34,565 nucleotides of DNA from a virus (IMGVR_UViG_3300027697_000048:1-34565), one strand, 5' to 3'; positions 1 to 9,440 are shown, counted from the stretch's first letter. Numbers and translations are program-made. The notes: generated by a model from the sequence alone, not told the origin.

Positions 1-3000
1 GTCATCGGCGACTCTCTGGTCATCGACTTGGAGCAGGTCTCCCCGTCCACGGGCCCTGACGTCTACTTCGCAGGAGCAGGCGTAACCACTAGGCTTGTTC
101 CGCTTAACGTTCGGAGAAACTACGTCAGGTCCAGAACCTATCAGGACTTGGCCCTTGCCGTTTCAATCTTCGGCATCGTCTCTGATAACGGAGACGAGGC
201 CAATCCGAGAGGCACCCCGTCTAGAAGGCTTGCCCCTGTTGGCTCTCTCGCACTTGAACTGACATCTCCTGATTCGTTCGGAGGAGACAGTTCGTACACG
301 GCTGTCCGTGACTCCGGGCTTGCCCACGTAATGGGCGGCAATGCCGTGCTTACGGTCGGCAACCTCCTCCATTCTGGCCTCAGCGAAGGGGACATGAAGC
401 GGTACGTCCAAGCCAACGGTGCCAGAATCCAAGAGGTTTACACGGCACAAGACTCCCTGTTCAGCAAGCCGAGCACGTCGCTCGGCCAGAGAATCTCCGC
501 CAACGAACAAGGCGGCACAATCAGGGTCAACAACAGGGTCGTCGGACTTGCGGCCTCATTCCCGCTGGCCGTGTTGCTTAAGACTGGCTACATGGATTTC
601 TGGAGCAAAGACCACCAACTTTCGGTCAGCGTTCCCAAGGCCTTCACCGGGGTTGAGTACAAGTTCCTCACCTCTGAGGACGGACTGACTGAGTTCCGGA
701 CCGGTGTGCTTGTCCCGAGCACGGAAGCCATGCTGGATGCGTTCATCGCCAAACTGGACACCCATGCCATCGACATGATGGTCAATGAACTCAGCACGCT
801 CCAAAACTCCAAAACGGTCTCGGACCTCTTGGGCTACATGAGCCTTCATGAGGTCATCGCCGAGGATGCGGCCAGACCGATTGCCAAACTCGGAGACAAG
901 CCAATCGCCGAGTCCATCGACTTCGCACTATCCACGTCGGCACACCACAACGCGAAGATTCACGCGGCACTCGCCGACGACATCGCTGGCTTCAACCCAG
1001 CCATGACCAAGGATTACTCCCGCGTCATCGCCGAAGCCATCAGAACGAAGGATTTCTGGATTGGATTCTTCTCACAGCCAATCGCCGCTGAGGGGATGGA
1101 GACGTTCATCCCTAGGGCGAACAGCGACCAGAACATGTTCTTCACCCGCCACAGCAGGTCAGACATGCGGTCTCCTATCTTCTTCGGCACCTCCGGCGGC
1201 CCGAACATTCACAGGAACAGGACTGTGAACGGTCATGCGGTTGACAACATCGCTTGGGAGGGAGTGGACTTCAACGGCCTGCTGACTTTCAGCGATACGA
1301 AACTCGACATCAGCGACCCCAAGTTCGCATTCGCCCATGGCGAAAAAGCGTTCAGCAAACCGGCTGGCACTGGCAATTACCTGCTTTCTGGGTACAACAC
1401 AGAGAGAGGTTTGGAGATTCCTAGGGGAGTCCTTACTATCGGCGAGTACGAAGAATGGAAGTCCTCCACCAGCAACCTGTTCCAACAGCACCTTGGCTTC
1501 GGACTTACCGAGAGCGGCGGCAAGATACTCAGAGGAGAGTCTGGTGAAATCACGAAAGTAGCCCAGCAGGAAGGCTCAAAAATCAGGGCCCTACCCCGCC
1601 CTGCGTTCCTTTCCGAAGGCACCAGAAGAACCCTGATGGTGAACCAAATCGCCGACATGGCCCAGAAACTGGGCGTCGAGAAGGTGTCCATCCAGCCGTC
1701 CAGATACTCGGCGTCCAGCAGACCGGACGTCATGCTCAACAGCCTGCGTACTCAGGGCGACGTAGCCTCTAGCGTCGGTAACTCCGGGTTCGGCCTTACG
1801 AACTCTTTCACGCATGGTCGCATGTTCGGTGCAAGACGTAGCGTCGAGAACAAGCCGAGCCTTGGCTATTCTTGGAACAGGCTGGAAGACGGAAGAATCT
1901 TGGTCAATTTCAGCCCTGATACCAACATCATCGCCAACGGAGACAGGGCCTACGTCCCGGTCAGTCGTAAGCATGACATCGGCATCAACCTCAGCCGAGT
2001 TCTCGGCTACAACCATGAGATGGGCGGCATCATCACCCCTCAGGACCCGCGGTTCCAAGCCACAATCGGTGGACTCGGCTTCACGCATTCCAACGTCCCG
2101 CGACCAAGGGAATCACAGCGAGTCATCAGGTATGCCTCCGACAACATCCTCGGCCACCTGCCGTTGTTGAACGCCGACGGTTCCATCGACCAAGCCTTGG
2201 TCCGCCAATACAGAAAAGGCGTCGGTGCCATGCTACGCAGAAACGTCGCAGGACCGGCCTACGCCGCAAAACTGATGTTGGATACGTCCAACCTTGGCCT
2301 CAGAAACATTCATAGGGTCGTGGGCAGGGAGGCGGAACTGGCCTATGCGGGCAACGTTCACGACGTCGCAGGCGTCACGAATGCCGAAAGCAGGGGCGGT
2401 CTTACCGAGTTCATTCAGGGCAACGGTTCGATTATCAGCGGTCTTAACAACGACTACGGCTATGTCTCGTTCGTGCTTCCTAGGGACGCCACGATTGAGC
2501 AGTTCCAAAGAGCGGTCATGGCTTACTACGTGGCGGCATCCGAGCGTCATAACGCCGACATTTTCAGCGAGGCTGGCCTATTCAACGGCAAGTCCATGTT
2601 CGCCAACAACCAAATCAATTGGACCAGAAGCGGGACGTACATGGACGCCATTCTTTCTGGCAAGCGGGAGGAAGCAAGCGGAGCCATGGTCGACAGGGCC
2701 ATCCGTGACTTCTCCAGCAGGCAATCCGAGTCCGGTTCCGGCGACATCACTAACGTCGCCAACAGATACGCCGAACTCCTTGGTAAACTTCATGAGAGGG
2801 ACCACACCTTCGTAAGCGGCATGGAGCAGGCGTTCCAGATGATGACCAGTTCCGAGAAGGGCTATCACATGCCTCTTGCCGAGCAGAACCTCAGAAAGAG
2901 CGGCGACAGGCTTGCCGTCATCAGGGCCATGTTCCCCGGAAGAACCGAACTGGAGCAGTTCGCTTGGGACAACTCCGAGTCCATGAACCTGTCTGTGGTA

Positions 3001-6000
3001 GCCCCCAGCCGTGGTTCGGGCAACAAGAGTTGGATGGTCGGCTACGACAAGGTCGTCGGCTACGATTCCAGCGGCATCCCCATCAAGGAGCGTGTGGTCA
3101 GAAGCCACAGGAGCGAAGCCGAGGCACGCCAGTTCGCAGGCTCCGTCGCCAAGAGCGGTATCTTGGCAGAGCACGTCAGGATGCTTAACCTCGAATCCGA
3201 GGCCTCCATCCAGAGACTGCCTAGCGACCCGAACGTCGGTGCCGAAATCTACAAGCCAGTCAGGCTTAACGAACAGGCCATCGAGGCCGCGGGCACCGTG
3301 CTCAGGCCCGACGACACCTTCGCCGTCGGCAATTTCGCCAAAACGTTCGCCACCGAGGCCGAGGCAAAGGCGTTCCAGAGCATGGTCCTCCAGTCCGAGG
3401 CCGTCACCGGCAGGGCTCCTAAGCCAATCGAAGTCAGACTTTCCTCCGGCGACCTGCTCTCAATGGAGCGTGACCTCAGGGAGAAAATCGGCTTCAGCAC
3501 CATGGGTAGCCCGCTTCAGTTCTCCTCGACCGCGATGAACGCGATTGTACGCGGTGCCGACAGAAACAAGAACTTCAGGGACAAGGCTACCGGCCTCCAG
3601 TGGTACGAAATGCTGACGTTCAACGGCGTCGGCAAGCAGGAGATGCGTGTCCTCGGTCTCGCCCAGTTCCTTTACGACCATCGCACCCTAACCCTGTCCA
3701 GACAGGAAGTGGCCGAATACATCTACGCCATGTTCCCCATCACGGGCAGACGCTCGTTGGCGGAACGCGGAACCGCCGGGGCATCCGAGGCCAGAATCCC
3801 CGACACCAAGGACCCAATCAGCACCGCCGCCGCCCTGTCGCATCAGTACACGATGATGCACAGGGACGTGTTCGCCAAACTCAACGAGTTGGCGGAGAGG
3901 GCTGTCGATAGCGATAAGCCGCAGTTGGAGGCCTTTGCCGAGGCCATGAAAGCCAGACACCTTGAGGCGTTCAAGAAGGCGATGCAGGAGTTCTATCCCG
4001 CAGAGAAGGTTGATGAGATGTTCCCGTCTTACAGCCACGTTTACAGTGCCCTTTCTGGCGACAGGGAGATGTTCAAGATTTCCGGCCCATTGATGGAAAT
4101 CTACCGAGAAGGATTCAACGACATGATTAGGTCGATGCCTCAGGAACAGTTGAACTTGGCGGCGGGCGTCGAACTCCTTCTCCCAGACCCCAGAGGTCAC
4201 TACGACCAGCAGATGGCCAGACCCGGATACCTTCGCCCAGTCGAGGGCCCTCGCAGAACCGACGCGTTGGAAATCAACGGCAACAAGGTGTTCACGAATG
4301 AGACTGGCACCAGAGACTGGGCCGAGTACACCTCTGCGGCCAGCAACCCCTATCAGGTGGACGTCCTGTTCGGCCGCGTTGCCGTGGACAGCAAGTCGTA
4401 CGAGAAATACACGAACGCAATCAAGGCCCGCATGGCCAGCACCACGGACGCCGCTGAAATCCAAAGACTCGAATCCATGCTGGCCTCAGCCCAGCGTACC
4501 TACGAGTTCAGAAAGTATGCCTCCACCAAGGCACGTCAGACCGGACACTGGAACACCGGCGACGGCTCGATGCAGTACACCCACCTGCGTTACTCTGGCG
4601 TCATCTCCTTGGCCGAATCCCTGCCTAATCCTGACCCGCTTGAGTTGGTGGACTCCGTCAACCAGACTTCCTACGCAGGAGAGAAGGGTGCTGGCCAGTT
4701 CCTTACGCTCATCGAGGAACTCCAGTCCGACCCTTACCAGCGTGCGACGTTCGGACCTCCTTCCGAGGCATCGTTCATGGCCGCCAGCGATTTCAAGCAG
4801 GCCGAAACCTTTGGTCTTATCCCTGAACTGACAGCCCTGAACAAGGAACTGTCCGTGTTCGAGGTCAGCAACGATGCGAAGATTACTCCGGTTAAGTGGA
4901 ACTACGACTGGCCTCGCACCAACAACAGCAGGGTCGTTTCACACGCCATCATCGCACCTTTGTTCTTCGAGCGGCTTTCGCTCCCCGAGAAGCACATGGT
5001 GTTGCGTCTGGCCGAGGAAGAAGGACGGATGAAACTCAACCCGTCATTCGACATCAATCCGGAAGCCGAGATGAGGCTCTCCAAGGAAGACGCACAGAGA
5101 TTCGGCCTGCCAGATACCATTCGTCCGTTCAGCCTCAGCAAGGTTGACGAGGGAGCAATCCACGGGTTCCTCACCGGCCACATCCTTAGCGAACAGTACA
5201 CTGACAACAACGGAGTCATGATGGTACAGCACTTCGCCGGCAGGCTGTTCCCCGAGAAGATTGGCGTCGTCCCCAACTTGGACGGGAAGTTCGAGTATGC
5301 GAACTACTTCCAGATGTACAACCGGACCCCGAAGGGAGTAAGTGGTCAAATCTACTCTTTCCTTGGCTTCATGGCCTTGGGTGACGAAACCATGCACGCC
5401 GCGGCCGAGAGAATCGCCACCGTTGTTGAGCGTGGCACTTCGCACGGGGTGGACTTCGACGCCTTGGCTTACTCCTACATGACGGAGTTCAACAGGCGTC
5501 TGACCGAGAACGTCGCAATCAGCCCGCGTGAAGCCGAATACGGCAAACTCATGGTCTTGTCGATGGAGGGTCTGCTACGTCCGAGCGAGCATGGCGTCGA
5601 GCACATGGTCAAGGATTCCAACGCGAGCAAGTGGCGTCGAACAGAGTATGGCGACCCTCTATGGGACAGAACCAAGTTCGTTTACTCCGTAGACAGCGAG
5701 ATTGAAGTGAACGGCGTAAGGGTGGACAACCTGTACCAATCGTACAAGGCCATGACCCCGTATGAGGCCGTTCTTTTCGACCTTGAGAGAATCGACAAGG
5801 CACTTTCCGGCGAGGGTCTTGGCGATGCCAGAAGAATAAACATGGAGGCGGCATACGAGGCATCAATCATGAGAGGCGACGTCCCGACCGAACTACCCGG
5901 TATTTATCTCAGGCAGATGTACTTGTTCGAGCGTGATTTGGTCACGCCGGAGATGATTAACAAGGCCATCGAGCAGGGCTACGAGATGAGCACGATTCAT

Positions 6001-7785
6001 GCGGTCGACAGCGACATGGACGCCAGCAGAAGGGCCGCTAATTCGGCGATGTACACGGCGTTCCCGCATGAGGCCAAAACCCCTCTCGGCCGCATGCTTG
6101 AAATCAACACCTACTACGCGATGCAGTCGGTCTATCAGTTCGCCGGTGACAGCAGGGTCAACGAACTGAGGCAGAAGCGTACTGAACTGATGGCACGGAT
6201 GAAACTCCCAGAGCAGAAGGAGCAGTACAACTTCCCCGACACCATCCCGCTCGGCGAGGACAACGCCTACCGCGAACTGGCCGTCAAGTACTACGCCATG
6301 CGTGCCCTTCAGGCTGGCCAGAACGGCCTTGTCATTGCCGACGCCAGACACCACCGCAACAGATACTCCTCGCTGGACCACACCGCCGCCATGGTCACGC
6401 TCGGCAAGGGCCACGTCTACGCGGTCGGCAAGCAACAGAACATGGCCGTTCCCTACATCCTCGCCAAGGCGGTAGAACGCAAGGCCCACGGAGATTTCTT
6501 CGGCAAACTTATCTCCGGTGAGATGGCAGGCCGTGCTCGCGGCGGCGAAATCGAGCACAACGGCCTTACCGCCACCTTGGATGCACACATCACGGCCATG
6601 GCCAGTGAAGTCATTCCTGAACTTCCCCAGTTGTCCACTGAACTTTCCGCCATCTCTTTGGGCTCTGGCGTAGGAGCCCTTCGGGTCAATACGCCAACCG
6701 GACAGTACTCGTTGCGTCAGGTCGTGCTTGAAATCCTAGACGGACGTCGTCAGCCGCAAACCACGGAAACCTTGCTCGAACTTAGCAAGGGATACCACGG
6801 CTCCGAGCAGGGCTTGGACATCTTCAAGCGTGTCGCCAAGTACGTGGACAACCCGCAGTACCTGCTGAGCAACATCCCGGTGGACAAGACCCACGGCTAC
6901 GCTGTCAACTACGGTGCACCGCACTGGAACAACCAAGTCTACTACGCTGGCCTACCGGCCGACTTCATCGCCAAGCAGTCGCACGACTTGTTCGCCAGAC
7001 CCGTGGTCGAGATGAAGGACGGCAAGTTCAACATCCTCGACCCGAAGACGGGCAAACTGCTCATCGGCGGCATCGAGAGCCAAGCCGAACTCAGGGAACG
7101 TGTGGCCCAGTTGTCCAAGTATCTTGGTAGCGTCCCAATCGTCTCGGTGTTCCTCAAGCAGTTCGCTAGGGTTGGCGGTTACGCCATGGAGGGCCATCTG
7201 TTCGAGGGCTCCAACGCACCTACCATCTCGTCGAGGCTGAACGAGAGTGCCCTCGCCAGATTCAAGGAAAAGTATCCGGACATCCCCCTCGACGAGGCTC
7301 GTCTCAAGATGAACCGTGCCACCGCCGGAACTGACGCATCCGCGGCCAGCCCGTTCGGCATGAACGCCGTCATCGACAGCAACCACGTCGCGACAGAGCA
7401 CCCTACGGCAGGCAAAATCAAGTCCTTCAACCAGATTCGCAAGTCTGCTGAAGGCTGGTCCCACGCCCCAGACCAGAAGAACATCACCAATGCCGTCATG
7501 TTGCATGCCATGGGAATCACGGCTTCGTCCGACAGCCTTCAGGTGGCCCATGCGGTCAACCGCATGCTAGGCTTCAACGGCCCGATGCTCATCATCAAGC
7601 CCAGATACCAGACCGAGGCGTTCCGCAAGGAGATGCTCAAGATGGTCAGAAGCGGCCTTCCGCTCATGTCCGTCGGAGACCTGCAAAACCCGGCGGCCCG
7701 CATCAATGAGGGCATCAAGGCGTACAGATTCTATGAAGACGTTAAGCCGCTATCCACGCAACGGACTCAGGACGACGACCGATGA
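1..7785 (+). CDS. Giant virion-associated/ejection (large polyvalent-type) protein, 5'-truncated, >2590 aa
   Basis: The frame is open from base 1, so the TTG at 28 is probably not the true start. It lies upstream of the lysis cassette, as podovirus internal proteins do. It has motifs I recognise from giant phage virion proteins: FSS..KATGLQW..L..GVGKQEM..LGL..FL, GHW..HLR, LIEELQSD and YRELAVK..A..G. Confidence 0.7.
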   Translation, partial: VIGDSLVIDLEQVSPSTGPDVYFAGAGVTTRLVPLNVRRNYVRSRTYQDLALAVSIFGIVSDNGDEANPRGTPSRRLAPVGSLALELTSPDSFGGDSSYTAVRDSGLAHVMGGNAVLTVGNLLHSGLSEGDMKRYVQANGARIQEVYTAQDSLFSKPSTSLGQRISANEQGGTIRVNNRVVGLAASFPLAVLLKTGYMDFWSKDHQLSVSVPKAFTGVEYKFLTSEDGLTEFRTGVLVPSTEAMLDAFIAKLDTHAIDMMVNELSTLQNSKTVSDLLGYMSLHEVIAEDAARPIAKLGDKPIAESIDFALSTSAHHNAKIHAALADDIAGFNPAMTKDYSRVIAEAIRTKDFWIGFFSQPIAAEGMETFIPRANSDQNMFFTRHSRSDMRSPIFFGTSGGPNIHRNRTVNGHAVDNIAWEGVDFNGLLTFSDTKLDISDPKFAFAHGEKAFSKPAGTGNYLLSGYNTERGLEIPRGVLTIGEYEEWKSSTSNLFQQHLGFGLTESGGKILRGESGEITKVAQQEGSKIRALPRPAFLSEGTRRTLMVNQIADMAQKLGVEKVSIQPSRYSASSRPDVMLNSLRTQGDVASSVGNSGFGLTNSFTHGRMFGARRSVENKPSLGYSWNRLEDGRILVNFSPDTNIIANGDRAYVPVSRKHDIGINLSRVLGYNHEMGGIITPQDPRFQATIGGLGFTHSNVPRPRESQRVIRYASDNILGHLPLLNADGSIDQALVRQYRKGVGAMLRRNVAGPAYAAKLMLDTSNLGLRNIHRVVGREAELAYAGNVHDVAGVTNAESRGGLTEFIQGNGSIISGLNNDYGYVSFVLPRDATIEQFQRAVMAYYVAASERHNADIFSEAGLFNGKSMFANNQINWTRSGTYMDAILSGKREEASGAMVDRAIRDFSSRQSESGSGDITNVANRYAELLGKLHERDHTFVSGMEQAFQMMTSSEKGYHMPLAEQNLRKSGDRLAVIRAMFPGRTELEQFAWDNSESMNLSVVAPSRGSGNKSWMVGYDKVVGYDSSGIPIKERVVRSHRSEAEARQFAGSVAKSGILAEHVRMLNLESEASIQRLPSDPNVGAEIYKPVRLNEQAIEAAGTVLRPDDTFAVGNFAKTFATEAEAKAFQSMVLQSEAVTGRAPKPIEVRLSSGDLLSMERDLREKIGFSTMGSPLQFSSTAMNAIVRGADRNKNFRDKATGLQWYEMLTFNGVGKQEMRVLGLAQFLYDHRTLTLSRQEVAEYIYAMFPITGRRSLAERGTAGASEARIPDTKDPISTAAALSHQYTMMHRDVFAKLNELAERAVDSDKPQLEAFAEAMKARHLEAFKKAMQEFYPAEKVDEMFPSYSHVYSALSGDREMFKISGPLMEIYREGFNDMIRSMPQEQLNLAAGVELLLPDPRGHYDQQMARPGYLRPVEGPRRTDALEINGNKVFTNETGTRDWAEYTSAASNPYQVDVLFGRVAVDSKSYEKYTNAIKARMASTTDAAEIQRLESMLASAQRTYEFRKYASTKARQTGHWNTGDGSMQYTHLRYSGVISLAESLPNPDPLELVDSVNQTSYAGEKGAGQFLTLIEELQSDPYQRATFGPPSEASFMAASDFKQAETFGLIPELTALNKELSVFEVSNDAKITPVKWNYDWPRTNNSRVVSHAIIAPLFFERLSLPEKHMVLRLAEEEGRMKLNPSFDINPEAEMRLSKEDAQRFGLPDTIRPFSLSKVDEGAIHGFLTGHILSEQYTDNNGVMMVQHFAGRLFPEKIGVVPNLDGKFEYANYFQMYNRTPKGVSGQIYSFLGFMALGDETMHAAAERIATVVERGTSHGVDFDALAYSYMTEFNRRLTENVAISPREAEYGKLMVLSMEGLLRPSEHGVEHMVKDSNASKWRRTEYGDPLWDRTKFVYSVDSEIEVNGVRVDNLYQSYKAMTPYEAVLFDLERIDKALSGEGLGDARRINMEAAYEASIMRGDVPTELPGIYLRQMYLFERDLVTPEMINKAIEQGYEMSTIHAVDSDMDASRRAANSAMYTAFPHEAKTPLGRMLEINTYYAMQSVYQFAGDSRVNELRQKRTELMARMKLPEQKEQYNFPDTIPLGEDNAYRELAVKYYAMRALQAGQNGLVIADARHHRNRYSSLDHTAAMVTLGKGHVYAVGKQQNMAVPYILAKAVERKAHGDFFGKLISGEMAGRARGGEIEHNGLTATLDAHITAMASEVIPELPQLSTELSAISLGSGVGALRVNTPTGQYSLRQVVLEILDGRRQPQTTETLLELSKGYHGSEQGLDIFKRVAKYVDNPQYLLSNIPVDKTHGYAVNYGAPHWNNQVYYAGLPADFIAKQSHDLFARPVVEMKDGKFNILDPKTGKLLIGGIESQAELRERVAQLSKYLGSVPIVSVFLKQFARVGGYAMEGHLFEGSNAPTISSRLNESALARFKEKYPDIPLDEARLKMNRATAGTDASAASPFGMNAVIDSNHVATEHPTAGKIKSFNQIRKSAEGWSHAPDQKNITNAVMLHAMGITASSDSLQVAHAVNRMLGFNGPMLIIKPRYQTEAFRKEMLKMVRSGLPLMSVGDLQNPAARINEGIKAYRFYEDVKPLSTQRTQDDDR

Positions 7786-8126
7786 GCCCTCCTCCACCAG
7801 ACGACAACCTTATGAGAGCGGCGGACGACTTGAAGCGAGGCGGGTGGCTGGTAGCGGTCCTTGGTGCTGCTGGTGCACTCTGCCGACTCCTGCTGACCGA
7901 CGAGAATCTCGCTTGGGTGTGGTGGGTCCGTCGCATCGCGGCGGGCGGCATCGTGGCGATACTCGGATACTTCGTGATACACGGGAGGACGGAGCCGATT
8001 TACGAAGCCCTTTTCTATTCGGTGTGTGGGACAGCCGCACCTGAACTCGTCGAGATGATGAGAAAACGCCTGCTGAGAATCGTTACCAATGAAGTCGATA
8101 CCGCCATCAAGCGTAGGTCCAAGTGA
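7782..8126 (+). CDS. Holin-like membrane protein (about 3 TM)
   Basis: 114 aa with three hydrophobic segments (WLVAVLGAAGAL; IAAGGIVAILGYFVI; ALFYSVCGTAA) and a basic C-terminus; ATGA overlap with the giant gene. Confidence 0.65.
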   Translation: MSPPPPDDNLMRAADDLKRGGWLVAVLGAAGALCRLLLTDENLAWVWWVRRIAAGGIVAILGYFVIHGRTEPIYEALFYSVCGTAAPELVEMMRKRLLRIVTNEVDTAIKRRSK

Positions 8127-8484
8127 GATAATCATCGCCGTCCAATCGGCCATCCTCGCCCTCATGGGTCTGGCTGGCATGATGGCGGTGGGACCGGTCA
8201 ACGCTGGCTTCAGGGCCCTGAGGGACAAGGAATCCATGGTCGCCATCATCACCGACGACGGCATCACCAGCGACAAGGTGCAGGTCGACCTGAGCCAAGT
8301 GCAGGCCATCGTCCGCAACTACGAGTTTGTCTGCCTTTTGGCCATGTGCATCGGCGGACTGGTGTTCCTCGCCAGCATCGGCCGTATCTATCTCAAACGA
8401 AATGCTAAGACTCCTACCAGTACTGCTCCTGACCGCCTGCCAAAGCGTCCCGCCGCCTCTGCCAGAGGTAAAGGTCGTCGATAA
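8089..8484 (+). CDS. 2-TM membrane protein of the lysis cassette (second holin/antiholin candidate)
   Basis: Two hydrophobic segments flank a ~45-aa polar loop, followed by a basic tail; it overlaps both neighbours. Confidence 0.5.
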   Translation: MKSIPPSSVGPSEIIIAVQSAILALMGLAGMMAVGPVNAGFRALRDKESMVAIITDDGITSDKVQVDLSQVQAIVRNYEFVCLLAMCIGGLVFLASIGRIYLKRNAKTPTSTAPDRLPKRPAASARGKGRR

Positions 8485-9115
8485 CCCGAAGAAGGATGCC
8501 TACGTCGAGCGTATCGAAGCCGAGGCAGGTGAGGGTGCGGCCGCATTGGCTGTCGCAAAGGACAGACTCACTGGTGCTGGAGTGCCTCTGGTGGGACTGA
8601 CCTACGACAGGCTGGCTGGCATCAAGCAACCTACCAAGGCGATGCTGGACAAGTACGCCAAGACCCTAGGGGACGACAAAGCCCTCAAGGCCGAGGAGGA
8701 GAAGGCCAAGAAGGTGGATGAGGAGACGTCCAACCTGTACGGCATGGTCGAGCAGATGGACGCTGAGAACCGGGAACTGAAGGCCCAGTTGGAAGCCACG
8801 GCCAAGGAAGCGGCATGGGGAGAACTCAGGGCCAAGTTCCTGACGCTCTCTGGCATCTTCGCTGTCGTCGGTGCAGGGCTAATCGTCATCTCCACCTTCG
8901 TCGCTGGTAAAGGACGAGGTGCAGGCTTGTGCATGATTGCCCTGTCCGTGTTCTTCGGTGGTGCTCCCTTCGTCATCAGGGACGTCGTGGAGGCTTGGTG
9001 GTTCCCGTACGCCACGGCATCTACGTGCCTGCTGGCGGCTCTTTGGGGTGCGTGGGTGTACCACGCCAGCCACCGGGAGATAAAGAGCCGCTTGACCCAG
9101 CCCGAGACGGCCTAA
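8402..9115 (+). CDS. Lipoprotein with coiled coil and 3 C-terminal TM helices; unimolecular spanin candidate
   Basis: ATG at 8402 gives MLRLLPVLLLTA-C, a lipobox with +2 Gln. A helical/coiled-coil middle (..EQMDAENRELKAQLEA..) is followed by three hydrophobic segments. It is the last gene of the lysis cassette. Confidence 0.6.
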   Translation: MLRLLPVLLLTACQSVPPPLPEVKVVDNPKKDAYVERIEAEAGEGAAALAVAKDRLTGAGVPLVGLTYDRLAGIKQPTKAMLDKYAKTLGDDKALKAEEEKAKKVDEETSNLYGMVEQMDAENRELKAQLEATAKEAAWGELRAKFLTLSGIFAVVGAGLIVISTFVAGKGRGAGLCMIALSVFFGGAPFVIRDVVEAWWFPYATASTCLLAALWGAWVYHASHREIKSRLTQPETA

Positions 9116-9123
9116 TGATTGCG

Positions 9124-9199
9124 ACCTCGCCTCATGGCGGGGTATGTGTCGTGCGGGTGGCTACGCCTTAAAGGACCGTTTAGCGGTCCGCCCAACACG
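9124..9199. terminator. Hairpin-rich convergent intergenic region (possible terminator or structured RNA)
   Basis: Stems ACCTCGCC-TCAT-GGCGGGGT and GGACCG-TTTAG-CGGTCC lie between the convergent lysis and tRNA units; there is no classic U-tract. Confidence 0.35.
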
Positions 9200-9208
9200 T
9201 AAAGGGGA

Positions 9209-9279
9209 TGGAGCGTGAGAGAATCGAACTCTCATTGTCCCGATGCAAACGGGATTTCCTGCCATTGAAAGAACGCCCC
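9209..9279 (-). tRNA. tRNA-Ala(UGC)
   Basis: GGGGCGT/ACGCTCC-A acceptor with G3:U70; anticodon arm TCCCG-TT TGC AT-CGGGA; T arm GAGAG-TTCGATT-CTCTC; CCA not encoded. Confidence 0.92.
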
Positions 9280-9283
9280 AGAG

Positions 9284-9355
9284 TCAGCCAGACAGGACTT
9301 GAACCTGCAACACCCTGCTCCCAAAGCAGGGACTCTACCATTGAGATACTGGCTG
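9284..9355 (-). tRNA. tRNA-Pro(UGG)
   Basis: CAGCCAG/CTGGCTG-A acceptor (C1-G72, A73); anticodon arm CCTGC-TT TGG GA-GCAGG; T loop TTCAAGT. Confidence 0.92.
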
Positions 9356-9362
9356 TAAGGTT

Positions 9363-9434
9363 TCGGCCATCTTGGAATCGAACCAAGATTCTCCGCTTAG
9401 AAGGCGGATGTTCTATCCGTTGAACTAATGGCCG
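9363..9434 (-). tRNA. tRNA-Arg(UCU)
   Basis: CGGCCAT/ATGGCCG-A acceptor; D loop with A20; anticodon arm TCCGC-CT TCT AA-GCGGA; T loop TTCGATT. Confidence 0.92.
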
Positions 9435-9440
9435 AAGTGA

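Noticed and set aside
1-7785. Giant protein as a virion RNA polymerase (N4- or crAss-like)
   Set aside because: No DxDGD or T7-type polymerase motifs were seen in the visible part (VDFNG and VDFDA do not fit); the missing N-terminus cannot be judged.
9124-9205. Self-cleaving ribozyme or known riboswitch
   Set aside because: No hammerhead (CUGANGA/GAAA), twister, pistol or HDV core and no riboswitch consensus I could match by eye.
9209-9434. Host tRNA at a prophage attachment site
   Set aside because: Phage genes continue on both sides, and there is no integrase or host gene in the window.
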